A DNA stretch of 64,000 bases from a candidate division FCPU426 bacterium (GCA_963796105.1 CAWCKJ010000006.1:192001-256000); one strand, 5' to 3'. Shown: positions 8,281-18,341, counted from the stretch's first letter. Notes: generated by a model not told the origin, from the sequence alone. Numbers and translations: made by a program.

Positions 8281-8391
8281 GATCATGACAAGAGCACGGC
8301 TCTTGCGCCCGATGGGCGTTATGGTCAAGCCTACAGACCGTGGAAAAATTAATTTTTCCATCGGCTGTCAGCTTAACCATAGAACATGATC
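8281..8391 (+). repeat. 111-bp multi-stem structured motif, copy B2
   Basis: GATCATG..CATGATC, CAAGAGC/GCTCTTG, GCCC/GGGC, TGGAAAAA/TTTTTCCA. Confidence 0.8.
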
Positions 8392-8400
8392 AAAATGCGT

Positions 8401-8512
8401 TTTAAATCCCATGAATTCCATGCATGCCAGCCTTCCATTAGGATGATATTGGGGCTGGTATCGTACCAATCTCCGTAAAGGTTTTTGGAAGATTGGCACA
8501 TCCGTGGCTAAA
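8401..8512 (-). repeat. Twin-hairpin mini-element copy E6
   Basis: Reverse complement begins TTTAGCCACGGATGTGCCAATCTTCC and ends CATGGGATTTAAA, as E1 does. Confidence 0.85.
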
Positions 8513-8536
8513 TTCTTTGGGTAGGGGTGGGTTAAT

Positions 8537-9130
8537 TTAATAGGCTTTGTTGCACTTGCCGCAAAGGAAGTGCGCCGTGAACCAATGGCCCTCATTGTGG
8601 ACATAGTCCGGAAACAGCTCCAATACCAGTTCACCCTGGCACTGGGGACATTTGTTCTTGCTGGTAAACCCCAATTCCGACCAAAGAAGGGGAGCGTCCT
8701 CCGTGCCATCCATCACCTTCACCTTGAAAGAAGCGCCCCCTTTTGCGGGGCCGGCTTTCGTCATCAAATCCTTGATCTTGCTGAGGATTTGACGGGGAGT
8801 ATAAAAACCCTTCACGGTGTAATCGTTGGCTCCTAAATCCATCCCTTTTTGGATGTCCTTTTGTTCCCCCAGGACCGAGAAAATGATGACGGGCACGGCT
8901 TTAGTATCAGCGTCGGCGCGAATCCTCTTGAGGACCTCGAAGCCGTCCAGCACCGGGAGCCCCAAGTCCAGCAATACCATTTGGGGTTTCCGGGATTTTG
9001 TCATGGCCCATCCGGTCTCGCCGTCGCCGGCCTCCAAAACCTCATAGCCCTCGTTCTCCAACAGGTCCCGGTAGATGCGCCTGAAACCCTGCTGGTCCTC
9101 GACAATCAGAATGGTACCCTTGCCCCTCAT
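8537..9130 (-). CDS. Response regulator: receiver plus zinc ribbon (paralog of 7021-7665)
   Basis: VLLDLGLPVLDG, GANDYTVKGFYTPRQIL; CPQC..CGKC; overlaps the kinase stop (ATGA). Confidence 0.9.
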   Translation of the reverse strand: MRGKGTILIVEDQQGFRRIYRDLLENEGYEVLEAGDGETGWAMTKSRKPQMVLLDLGLPVLDGFEVLKRIRADADTKAVPVIIFSVLGEQKDIQKGMDLGANDYTVKGFYTPRQILSKIKDLMTKAGPAKGGASFKVKVMDGTEDAPLLWSELGFTSKNKCPQCQGELVLELFPDYVHNEGHWFTAHFLCGKCNKAY

Positions 9131-12003
9131 GACGGCTCCTTTCCAACGATTGGAATTTTAACCCGGAAAGTGCTCCCTTTGCCAGGCTTCGATTCGACCG
9201 AAATATCCCCGTTTTGCAGGTTCATGAACTTCTTGGCGATGAACATGCCCAAACCCGCCCCGGACCTGGAAGCTTCGTTGCCCATTACCCGGTCCCGCGT
9301 GAAAATCTTTTCCATGACCTGTGGGGTCATGCCGATCCCGGTATCCTTCACTTCCAGGAAGGCGTAATTATCCTCGGTCTTGGACCGGATGGTGATGGAA
9401 CCCCGGTCGGTGCACTTGATGGCGTTGTTGATGACATTCCTCATGGTTTCCACGGTCTTGTCCCGGTCAGCCATGACGGCCAGGCCCTCCGGAAGATCAT
9501 CCAGGATCAAGTCTAACCCCTTTCGCTGGATTTGGGACTCGTAATCCCGGATGGAAGCGTCGACGATTTGCCGGAGGGGAACCACCTGAACGTCCACGGT
9601 CAAAACCCCCCTTTCGATCTTGGACATGCTCAGGAGATCGGAGATCAAACGGTAGTTTTCCACCCCGATGTCCTTCATATCGGTCAAGTACTCGCGCTGT
9701 TTCGGGTTCAAGCCGCCTGTCAGGCCTTCCAGCATGTTCTCGATGTACCCGTTGATCTCCGCCACGGGCGTCTTGAGCTGGTGGGAAACCACCGAGATCA
9801 GGTCCCTTTTCATCTCGTCGATTTGCTTGCGCGCGGTGATGTCCCTGAGAATTCCCGTGAAGAACAACCCCTGGGGCGTTTTCCAGGAGAAATAGGAAAT
9901 CTCCACGGGGATTTCCTGGCCGTCCTTGCGCAACCCGACCCACTCCAGGGTCTGGTTCGGCAGGGTGGCCCTGCCGGTGGCCAGGTAATTTTGGACCAGG
10001 TCCAGGTTCTCCCGGACGGTTTTTTTGGACATCAAGGAAAAGATGGTCCTGCCGGAGAGCTCGTCGCTGGTGTAGCCGAAGATGCGGCTGACGGCGGGAT
10101 TGGTGAATATGATATGGCCGCTGCCGTTGGTGGAGACAATGCCCTCATTGGCCGACTCGGCCAGGGTCCGGAAGCGCTCCTCGCTGGTCCTGAGGGAAAT
10201 TTCGGCCTCCTTTTGCTCGGTGATGTTCTCGACGACCGCCAGCCGGAACATCGGCTGGCCGTTCAGGTCGAGGATCACGGAGGCGGTCACCATGCACCAT
10301 ATCGGCTGGCCGTCGCTGCCCACGTAGCGTTTCTCGATCTGGTAGCGCGGAAGGGTCTTGTCGAAAATCTTTTGCGAGAGGGCGGATTCGGCCTTGGCGT
10401 CCTCGGGGTAGGTGAATTCCAGGAACGATTTCCCGACCAGGTCGTCCTTGGAATAGCCCAGCATGCCGCAAAAGGCCCGGTTGACGTTGGCGAAGACGTT
10501 GTTGGGGAATGTCAGGGTCAGCCCGATGGGCCCCTCCTCGAAAAGGTTCCGGAAAAATTCCTCCCTTTCCCGGAGGGATTCCATGACGCCCTTTTGGCGG
10601 GTGACGTCGATGAAGGAGGTCAAGGCGAACTTCACCATCCCATGCTCATCCAGGATGGGGGCGCCCCAGGCCTGGAGGGGGATGGTTTTACCGTGGCGCC
10701 GGATTTCCATGTCATCCACGAAGGATTTTTCCCCCGCGATGGCCCTGCTGATGGGGTGTTTCTGGCCGGGGTATGGCTGGTCGCTGGACTCCAGGTATAA
10801 ATTACGGAACTCGGGGGATTGCTCGCCGGGATCATGGCTTTTAATGATGTCCGAGCCGAAAATTTCCTGGAGGACGTGGTTGGCGAAATAGAGCGCCCCG
10901 AAACGGTCCCGCACCAGGACCCCCACGGGAATCTCATCCAGGAACTGGAAGAGCCTGCGCTCGTTGTTCAGGAGGGTCTTGACGAAGAATTTCCGGTCGG
11001 TGATATCGCGGAGAATGGCCGTGTAGAAAGTGCCCTCCGGGGCTTCCCACCTGGAGAGGGACGCCTCCAAGGGGAATTCAGAGGTATCCTTGCGGCGGCC
11101 GTAAATTTCCATGGCCCCGGATTCGGCCGCGGAGGAGACGAATTTCTCGAAGGAAAAGTCCCCGGGATTTTCGGAGGGGCCCTGCGAGATTAAATCGGCG
11201 AGGGGTTTCCCGGCCAGCTCTTGGCTGGAATAACCGAATAGGGTCTCAGCGGAGGGATTTACCCCGTGGATTTGACCCTTGCCGTTCATCGTGATGAAAG
11301 CGTCGTTGGCGGTATCCGTGAATAACTTGAATTTTGTCTCGCTCGCCTTGAGGCGGTTCGCGGTGTTCAGGTTGACGCTGATTTGCCGCTTGATGAAAAG
11401 GTAGGTGGCGAAGCAAATCAAGAGTCCCAGGATGACGGTGAAAACCGTGTAGCCGATGTTTTTCTGGGCGTTTTTTTCCGCCGCGGACCTGGATGTTTCC
11501 TCGAGCCAGGCCTGGATTCCCGCCATGCTCCCCATCAATCTTTTCAACTCGCGGGTTTCTTTTTGCCCGTCCTTTTTTCCAATGTCCGAAACCGCGAGAT
11601 CGAACCGGCCAGCCCGGCACATCGCGAGCCCCTTTTGAATACTTTCCAGTTTTTGCTGGATGAGGAGCTGCAGGCTGTCCGTTTTCCGCTGGAGATCCGA
11701 TTTCCCGGAGGTGACGCGGGACAGTTTTTTAAGGTCCTTTTGAAGCCTCGACATGGCGTCGGAGCAGGAGCCGGCGTAACCCTCGCGCTGGGTCAGCAGG
11801 TAATCGCTGTAATGGGTCTGGGTTTCGAGAAAATCCGAGTAGGTTTTTTGGAGGGTTTGCACGAGGGAACTGGTGTCATCCGACCAGTCCGCGGCGCTTT
11901 GAAGCCAGTCGAAATTGAAATAAGACAACCCGACCACGATGAGAAGGAATAAAAGGATCAGGCTGAAAATCAGGTCGGGTTTTTCGCCGATTTTAAATTT
12001 CAT
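9127..12003 (-). CDS. Membrane sensor histidine kinase (CHASE3-like periplasmic domain, 4 PAS, HisKA, HATPase)
   Basis: Two TM segments; repeated PAS/PAC ending RDIT; VSHQLKTP H-box; NNAIK, DTGIG and GAGLG boxes. Confidence 0.93.
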   Translation of the reverse strand: MKFKIGEKPDLIFSLILLFLLIVVGLSYFNFDWLQSAADWSDDTSSLVQTLQKTYSDFLETQTHYSDYLLTQREGYAGSCSDAMSRLQKDLKKLSRVTSGKSDLQRKTDSLQLLIQQKLESIQKGLAMCRAGRFDLAVSDIGKKDGQKETRELKRLMGSMAGIQAWLEETSRSAAEKNAQKNIGYTVFTVILGLLICFATYLFIKRQISVNLNTANRLKASETKFKLFTDTANDAFITMNGKGQIHGVNPSAETLFGYSSQELAGKPLADLISQGPSENPGDFSFEKFVSSAAESGAMEIYGRRKDTSEFPLEASLSRWEAPEGTFYTAILRDITDRKFFVKTLLNNERRLFQFLDEIPVGVLVRDRFGALYFANHVLQEIFGSDIIKSHDPGEQSPEFRNLYLESSDQPYPGQKHPISRAIAGEKSFVDDMEIRRHGKTIPLQAWGAPILDEHGMVKFALTSFIDVTRQKGVMESLREREEFFRNLFEEGPIGLTLTFPNNVFANVNRAFCGMLGYSKDDLVGKSFLEFTYPEDAKAESALSQKIFDKTLPRYQIEKRYVGSDGQPIWCMVTASVILDLNGQPMFRLAVVENITEQKEAEISLRTSEERFRTLAESANEGIVSTNGSGHIIFTNPAVSRIFGYTSDELSGRTIFSLMSKKTVRENLDLVQNYLATGRATLPNQTLEWVGLRKDGQEIPVEISYFSWKTPQGLFFTGILRDITARKQIDEMKRDLISVVSHQLKTPVAEINGYIENMLEGLTGGLNPKQREYLTDMKDIGVENYRLISDLLSMSKIERGVLTVDVQVVPLRQIVDASIRDYESQIQRKGLDLILDDLPEGLAVMADRDKTVETMRNVINNAIKCTDRGSITIRSKTEDNYAFLEVKDTGIGMTPQVMEKIFTRDRVMGNEASRSGAGLGMFIAKKFMNLQNGDISVESKPGKGSTFRVKIPIVGKEPS

Positions 12004-12197
12004 CGAATTTCCATCCCTGATCGACGCCGATGAAGTTGGAATTTCACTCTGGAAAAATGGATTATCACAGTCTTAGGTTAAACCAAGAACTGGATTAATG
12101 CCACTTTTGAAGATTCCTTATGGATGCGCGGAAATCGCCCTGTTTATGGGGTGGGGGATGATTCGCGGGGAATGAAATAGTCCGTCTTGATCAAAAG

Positions 12198-13733
12198 CTA
12201 GTTTCTCCAGACGCTTCGATCAAGATTCCGATATTGGATTGCCTCCGCCACGTAAGAGGGCTTGATGGCTTCCTCGCCGTCCAAGTCCGCGATGGTGCGG
12301 GCGACCTTCAAGATGCGGTCATAGGCCCTGGCGGAAAGCCCGAATTTTTCCATGGCGGCTTTTAACAAGGATTGGGACGGCTCATCAAGGGCGCAGAACC
12401 GCCTCAGGTGCTGGGTGGTCATCTGTGCGTTGCAATGGATGCCCTCGCTGGAAAACCGGTCTTGCTGAATCTTTCGGGCCTTTTCCACCCTTTCACGGAT
12501 ATCCGCGGAGGATTCCCCTGCCTGATCGCCCGTAATTTCCTTCCATTTCAGGGAAGGAACCTCAATGTGGAGGTCGATGCGGTCCAGGAGGGGACCGGAG
12601 ATTTTGCTGAGGTACTTTTGGATCTGGTGCGGGGTGCAGGTGCATTCCTTGGAATGGTCCGTGTAGTACCCGCAAGGGCAGGGGTTCATGGCCGCGGCCA
12701 GCATGAATTGCGCCGGGAAGGTGAGAGTGGACTGAACCCTGGATATGGTGACCATGCCGTCCTCCAGGGGCTGCCGGAGGACCTCCAAGACGTTCTTGTT
12801 GAACTCGGGGAACTCGTCCAAAAAAAGAACCCCATTGTGGGAAAGGCTGACCTCCCCCGGCTTTGGAATGGTGCCCCCGCCGATGAGTCCCGCGTCCGAG
12901 ACCGTGTGGTGGGGGGAACGAAAGGGGCGGATGGCCGTCAGGGCTTTTCTACGGCCCAGGGTTCCGGCGATGGAATGGATCTTGGTGGTTTGGATGGCCT
13001 CCTCCAAGGATAAGGGAGGAAGAATGGTGGGAAGGCGCTTGGTCAGCATGGTCTTGCCCGAACCGGGCGGGCCGACCAGCAGGATATTATGGCCCCCGGC
13101 CGCGCCGATCTCCAAACCCCGCTTGGCGTTTTCCTGGCCCTTCACATCGGAAAAATCGACTTTATAACTTGAGTGCTGGCGGAATTCCTCCTCCACGTCC
13201 ACGTGGACGCGGGGAAGGGTCTTGGCCCCGCGCAAGAGCTCGTAAGTTTCCCTCAGGGTTTTCACCGCGAAAACCGGCACCTCGCCCACCACCGCGGCTT
13301 CCTTAGCATTTTCGGCCGGAACGAGCAGGCCTTTTACCCCCGCCTCCCTCGCCGCGAGGGAAATGGAGAGGGCACCCCGGATCGGCCGGATTTTCCCGTC
13401 CAAAGCCAGCTCGCCGACCATCCAGTATCCATCCGCGGCTTTTTGAGGGAGCTTGTCCGAGGCCACCAGGATGCCGATTCCCATGGGCAGGTCAAAGGAG
13501 GGCCCCTCTTTTTTGGTGTCCGCCGGGGCCAGGTTGACCGTGATTCTCTGGATGGGAAATTGAAACTGAGAATTGGAGATGGCGCTTTTGACCCGGTCCT
13601 TGGATTCCTTCACCGCGGCGTCGGGAAGCCCCACTGTCTGGAAAGTGGGTAAGCCCGGGCAAATATCCACCTCGCATTCGATGGGATAGGCGTCGATTCC
13701 CAGAAGTGCCGCGCTTCGAATATTCGCTAACAT
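12198..13733 (-). CDS. comM: YifB/ComM family Mg-chelatase-like AAA+ ATPase
   Basis: GLPDAAVKESKDRV, NLAPADTKKEG, GPPGSGKT, RSPHHT, LFLDEFPEF, NPCPCG. Confidence 0.95.
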   Translation of the reverse strand: MLANIRSAALLGIDAYPIECEVDICPGLPTFQTVGLPDAAVKESKDRVKSAISNSQFQFPIQRITVNLAPADTKKEGPSFDLPMGIGILVASDKLPQKAADGYWMVGELALDGKIRPIRGALSISLAAREAGVKGLLVPAENAKEAAVVGEVPVFAVKTLRETYELLRGAKTLPRVHVDVEEEFRQHSSYKVDFSDVKGQENAKRGLEIGAAGGHNILLVGPPGSGKTMLTKRLPTILPPLSLEEAIQTTKIHSIAGTLGRRKALTAIRPFRSPHHTVSDAGLIGGGTIPKPGEVSLSHNGVLFLDEFPEFNKNVLEVLRQPLEDGMVTISRVQSTLTFPAQFMLAAAMNPCPCGYYTDHSKECTCTPHQIQKYLSKISGPLLDRIDLHIEVPSLKWKEITGDQAGESSADIRERVEKARKIQQDRFSSEGIHCNAQMTTQHLRRFCALDEPSQSLLKAAMEKFGLSARAYDRILKVARTIADLDGEEAIKPSYVAEAIQYRNLDRSVWRN

Positions 13734-13922
13734 ATATGGAAGATCCTGAACCAAAGGGGTAAAGGGACTGTTTTATTGATAACAAGAGCCATCGGAAGAA
13801 TCAAGAAAATATGCGCTTGAAACACAACAATTATCAGGACGCGCCTCCCCAAACACTTGAAAAACCCCCGGGGGGTGGGTAAGATACGGCCCGCGTAAAA
13901 TCCATGGAAAACAAGGTACTTT

Positions 13923-14210
13923 ATGGCCCCCTCCGTCGAAAAAGTAAAAGTGACTGTTCATGAAAAGGAATATATGGTCGAGCTGTACTTGGAAAAAGGC
14001 AAGACCTTCGCGAAAACCCACATCAATAATTTCGGCGAGGTGGTGGTCCCTGATTTCGGGGGAGGAAATGAAAAGGCCCTGAAGAACATGCAGGCCCGCA
14101 TCGGGAATATCGTCGGGACCATGATGAAGGATGAGGAGCGGGAAAATCGCAGACTGCAATGGAAGCTGGAACAAGAGGCCAAGAAAGAAGAACCGAAACC
14201 AGCCGTATAA
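13923..14210 (+). CDS. Hypothetical protein (95 aa)
   Basis: AAGGT RBS, typical codon usage, followed by a terminator. Confidence 0.7.
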   Translation: MAPSVEKVKVTVHEKEYMVELYLEKGKTFAKTHINNFGEVVVPDFGGGNEKALKNMQARIGNIVGTMMKDEERENRRLQWKLEQEAKKEEPKPAV

Positions 14211-14242
14211 TTTCTCATAAAAAGAAAAATGTTTTGGGTGTC

Positions 14243-14272
14243 AAAGCCCCGGGTTCACGCCGGGGCTTTTTT
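14243..14272. terminator. Intrinsic (probably bidirectional) terminator
   Basis: AAAGCCCCGG-loop-CCGGGGCTTTTTT between convergent genes. Confidence 0.85.
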
Positions 14273-14310
14273 ATTTTCCGAGGTTCCCCAAAAAACAGAC
14301 TTCGTTACAA

Positions 14311-14766
14311 TTATTCAATCCAGAAACTGATGACTTCGAGGTTCTTGTTCGCCTGGCGGAGCCGGTTTGAAAGAACCTTGATGATGACATCCATCAATTT
14401 CAAAGCCGTCTGGGGTTTCTCCATCCTCAGGCCCTGGTATCCCTCGAGGGTGATTTGGAAAAGCCCGCAATCGCTTGTGGCGCGGACCGCGGCGGAACGG
14501 GGAAGGCCGTCCAATAGCGCCATTTCGCCGAAGAATTCACCGGCGTTCAAAACCGCGATGGTGTTCTCCTGGTTCTTGACCTTCTTGATGATCTTCACCG
14601 ACCCGGATTTCAGGATGTACATGCTGTCCCCTTTGGAATCCTCATCGAAGACCAATTCGTCTTTTTTAACCGGGATTTCCTCCCCTATGGAAGCCAGCGC
14701 TTCCAGATCGTTTCCGTTGAAACTCTTAAAAGGTCCGTACTTGGTAAGGTAACTTAAATCGGGCAT
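14311..14766 (-). CDS. Stand-alone cyclic-nucleotide-binding domain protein
   Basis: GEFFGEMALLDGLPRSAAVRA phosphate-binding cassette; no HTH; AAGGAG RBS before ATG 14766. Confidence 0.9.
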   Translation of the reverse strand: MPDLSYLTKYGPFKSFNGNDLEALASIGEEIPVKKDELVFDEDSKGDSMYILKSGSVKIIKKVKNQENTIAVLNAGEFFGEMALLDGLPRSAAVRATSDCGLFQITLEGYQGLRMEKPQTALKLMDVIIKVLSNRLRQANKNLEVISFWIE

Positions 14767-14941
14767 TTGAGGCTCCTTGATTTTCCAACCATTGGCCAAT
14801 ATTTATCACGTCATTGAAAGTCGTAACATAAAACGAAAAGAAACACAATATCACGGCGCGGATTCACAAACCGCATAGTTGTTCCTCGAGCCTTGGAAGC
14901 GCAATATACAAACAGATTCAAGCCTTTTGAAAACAGCGATC

Positions 14942-16855
14942 TTAAAAGAAACCACGCTTTATATTAAATTTGGAAGGCAAGTCAGGCGGCGGGGGAGGGG
15001 GCGGCTCCTTGTTGATGGGCGGGGTTTTATGCTCCGCCACGGGCGGTATGGAGGCCGCGATGGGTTCAGGAGTGGTATCCTCCAGCAGATCATCCCCGCT
15101 GGGATAACCATGCGACTCCTGGATCACCTCGACCGCTTCCAATACCTGGGCTTCCTGCTCCACGTTTTGGGTATCCACCTGCGCGATGGCGTTAAACACC
15201 TCATGCTCGTCCAGCAAGTACCCATCCAAGGCTGAGGCTGGGATAGGCTGGCCCGGGGTGTAAACCGGGATCGAAGAGGGTGTTTCCTCCTCGCCCCCGA
15301 AGTGGATAGGGACGACGTCCAATTCGGGGGGATGAAGGGCCGGATCCTGAGGGTTGTTTTGAGAATTCCCATCTTTCCCCCCTGGAATGGGTGGATTTTC
15401 AGCCATTTTGGACGGGGATGAAACAGCCTCATTCGAGACTGAAATAGGTTCGATGGACTGAGTTGATTGGATTGGGGAAGGAGCGGGAGAAGGCCCCTCC
15501 CCTAATGCCATTCCGGGCTTGGGAGTTTCAACAGCGGTCCCGGTGTTTTTCGACCCTAACGGAAGCGAGGGTTTCTGGGAGGCGGGAGCTGTTCCGGAGG
15601 GAGGGGATGAATCGGTTTTTTCCCCGGGTCGTGGGGGAGTGTCAGACTGGGCCGTCTTCGCGGCCTTGGCTTTAGCCAAGACTTGCTTCAGGTACTCCTT
15701 GGGATCAGTCAGCTTGACGCCGAATTTTTCCTGGGCCGCTTGGGTGGCGGTGACCCCGCTTTCCTGCTGGGGCGCCGATTCTTTTTGGACCAGTCCCTGG
15801 GTCAAATCGGGCGCGTCGTTCCTTTTCAAGTCCAAGATCCGGTCGACGTCCTCAACCGGAATATTCTTGAGCCGCGCGATATGGGATTTCGCCTCCTCCA
15901 CCATGGGGCCTTTTTCATGGATGCGGATGAACTTCTCGAATTCCCCGATGGCTTTTTGGGTAATGCCCTTGTTTTCGTAAACCTGCCCCAAAATGAAATG
16001 GGCGTTGGTATAGCTCGGCTCAAGCTTGATGGCGATCCGGTATTCATTGATGGCTTGTTTGTAGAGCTGGAGTTTGTCGAGGATCAAACCCACCGTGTTA
16101 TGGACCTTGGCGCTTTGCGGATTCAAAGTGATGACCGTTCCGAAGGTCTCGAGGGCCCTTTGCAAGTCGCCTTTTTTCTCGTAGGCGAATCCCAAAGCCA
16201 TGAACGCCCCCTCGAAACGGGGATCCAGCCGGGCGGATTCCTGGAAAGATTTTATGGCCTTATCCAACAGATCCTGCTTGGCGTAAAGGGTCCCCATGTC
16301 GAAAGCCGTCTTGGATTTGTTCTTGCCGCTTTTGGCCGCCTCCTCCAGGCGCTTCAGGGCGACTTCCATGTTCCCCGTTGTGTCCTTGCCGATCCCCAAC
16401 CGGTTGTAAGAATCGGCATAGGAAGGATCCAAGTCCACGGCGATTTGGAAAACCTGCATGGCTTGGGCGTATTGCCCCAGTTCGTAATAGACGTTTCCGA
16501 GGTTGTTATAGAAGGCCGCGACTTTCGGGTTGCGGGAGATGGCGTCCTCGAAGGTCTTGATGGATTCCTGGTACCTTTCGGCCCTGGCCAGGAAAAGGCC
16601 CAGGTTGTTCCAGGCCTCGCTGGAATCGTTGTCGATGGTAATGACCTTGCGGAAAATCTCGATGGCGTTGTCCTGCTGGCCCATGTCGGAATAAAGGAAG
16701 GCCATGGCGGTATGGGCTTCCTTGCAATCGGGGTCGATCTCAAGGGCTTTTTGAAGTTCCTTGAAGGCTTTTGTCGTTTCGCCCTGGTCCGTAAATTTTT
16801 GGGCGGATTCCAAAAGTTCTTTTTTCTTGTCGCTTTTGCTGGTGAATAGTCCCAT
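14942..16855 (-). CDS. TPR-repeat protein with a long Pro/acidic low-complexity C-terminus
   Basis: Multiple 34-aa repeats (AWNNLG, FYNNLG, VHNTVG, AHFILG). Confidence 0.9.
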   Translation of the reverse strand: MGLFTSKSDKKKELLESAQKFTDQGETTKAFKELQKALEIDPDCKEAHTAMAFLYSDMGQQDNAIEIFRKVITIDNDSSEAWNNLGLFLARAERYQESIKTFEDAISRNPKVAAFYNNLGNVYYELGQYAQAMQVFQIAVDLDPSYADSYNRLGIGKDTTGNMEVALKRLEEAAKSGKNKSKTAFDMGTLYAKQDLLDKAIKSFQESARLDPRFEGAFMALGFAYEKKGDLQRALETFGTVITLNPQSAKVHNTVGLILDKLQLYKQAINEYRIAIKLEPSYTNAHFILGQVYENKGITQKAIGEFEKFIRIHEKGPMVEEAKSHIARLKNIPVEDVDRILDLKRNDAPDLTQGLVQKESAPQQESGVTATQAAQEKFGVKLTDPKEYLKQVLAKAKAAKTAQSDTPPRPGEKTDSSPPSGTAPASQKPSLPLGSKNTGTAVETPKPGMALGEGPSPAPSPIQSTQSIEPISVSNEAVSSPSKMAENPPIPGGKDGNSQNNPQDPALHPPELDVVPIHFGGEEETPSSIPVYTPGQPIPASALDGYLLDEHEVFNAIAQVDTQNVEQEAQVLEAVEVIQESHGYPSGDDLLEDTTPEPIAASIPPVAEHKTPPINKEPPPPPPPDLPSKFNIKRGFF

Positions 16856-16961
16856 GGAAAAAAATTACCTTGGAGATAGAGTGTGAACGGGCGAATGGGG
16901 AGCCATTGTATCGCCCCGGCTTTTCAAAGGTCAACGCAAACCCTTATAAATATAGGGTTTC

Positions 16962-18341
16962 CTAACGGGGGAAACCAGGAGGCATTCCGGTGGGGAAACC
17001 GCCCAAACCCTGGCCCCCCATCAAGTTCTGGACTTTTTGCATCATGCCGCCTTTTTTCACCATTTTTCGCATGAGGTCATATTGCTTGAGCAACTGGTTG
17101 ATTTCGTCTGGCCTGGTTCCGCTACCGGCCGCGATTCTGCGCTTGCGGGAACCATCCAAAAGTTGCGGGAATTTTCTTTCTTTATTCGTCATGGACAACA
17201 AGATGGCTTCCATGCGTTTTATTTTTTTCTCATCCGGGGCGCCGGCCATCATTTGCTTTTTTTTCGCGGCATCCCCCGGCATCATGGAAATCAGCTCCTC
17301 CATGGACCCCATTTTTTTTAACTGGCGGATTTGCTCCAGCAGGTCGTCCATGTTGAAATCGGACGGCTTCGATAGCCTTTGCTTCTCGAAATTGGATTGG
17401 CGGGCGGCTTCCTCCACTTTTTCCACCAGGGACAGGATGTCCCCCAGGCCGAGGATCCGCGAGGCCATGCGGTCCGGATAAAAGGGCTCCAGGCCCTCCA
17501 TCTTTTCGCTGACTCCCACGAACTGAATGGGTATTCCCGTGACGGAGGTGATGGAGAAAACGGCCCCGCCGCGGGCGTCCCCATCCGCCTTGGTCAACAC
17601 CAGACCCGTCAAGGCCAAGCGGGAGTGGAAAGCCTTGGCCACGTTGACGGCGTTTTGTCCCGTCATGGCGTCCACGACCAGCATGACATTCGTGGGTTTA
17701 AGTTTTTGGTGGATCGAGGCGATCTCATCCATCATTTCCTGGTCGATTTGGAGGCGGCCCGCCGTATCCAGGATGAGGATATTGGCGTCGTTCCGAAGAC
17801 AGGTCTTGACGGCTCTCTGGCAGACCTCCAAGGGAGTCTCGCCGGCCTCGGGCCGGAAGAAGGGGACTCTGATTTCCTCGGCGAGGACCGCCAATTGGTC
17901 CACGGCCGCGGGCCGGACCAGGTCCGCCGCCACCAGTCCCGGTTTGCGGCCGTCCTTCTTGAGCCATAAGGCCAGCTTCGCGGCGGTGGTCGTCTTACCT
18001 GTCCCTTGAAGACCCGCCAGCAGGATGAGCGTGGGGGGGGCGGGGGCGAATTTTAATTTGACCGCGTTCCGGTCCTTTGGCGTCAGCAACTGTATCAATT
18101 CATCATGGACAATTTTCACCATGACTTGGCCGGGGGTCAGGCTGAGGGCGACTTCCCGTCCGAGCGATTTTTCTTTCACTTTTTCAAGGAATACCTTGAC
18201 GGTCTCCACGTTCACGTCCGCGTCCAAAAGGGCGAGACGGACCTCCTGCAGGGCCTCCTGGACGTTTTCCTCGGATAATTTTCCATGCCCCCGGAGGTTC
18301 TTGAAGACCTTTTGAATTTTCTCGGTTAACTGCTCGAACAT
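16962..18341 (-). CDS. ffh: Signal recognition particle protein
   Basis: GLQGTGKTTT, DTAGRL, TKADGDARGG, PDRMASRILGLGD, Met-rich M domain. Confidence 0.97.
   Translation of the reverse strand: MFEQLTEKIQKVFKNLRGHGKLSEENVQEALQEVRLALLDADVNVETVKVFLEKVKEKSLGREVALSLTPGQVMVKIVHDELIQLLTPKDRNAVKLKFAPAPPTLILLAGLQGTGKTTTAAKLALWLKKDGRKPGLVAADLVRPAAVDQLAVLAEEIRVPFFRPEAGETPLEVCQRAVKTCLRNDANILILDTAGRLQIDQEMMDEIASIHQKLKPTNVMLVVDAMTGQNAVNVAKAFHSRLALTGLVLTKADGDARGGAVFSITSVTGIPIQFVGVSEKMEGLEPFYPDRMASRILGLGDILSLVEKVEEAARQSNFEKQRLSKPSDFNMDDLLEQIRQLKKMGSMEELISMMPGDAAKKKQMMAGAPDEKKIKRMEAILLSMTNKERKFPQLLDGSRKRRIAAGSGTRPDEINQLLKQYDLMRKMVKKGGMMQKVQNLMGGQGLGGFPTGMPPGFPR

Noticed and set aside
9532..10800. 422-aa plus-strand ORF and similar long antisense ORFs (15683-16849, 42932-44212, 58386-59288)
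   Set aside because: They lie opposite well-supported genes; expected from GC-rich third codon positions.
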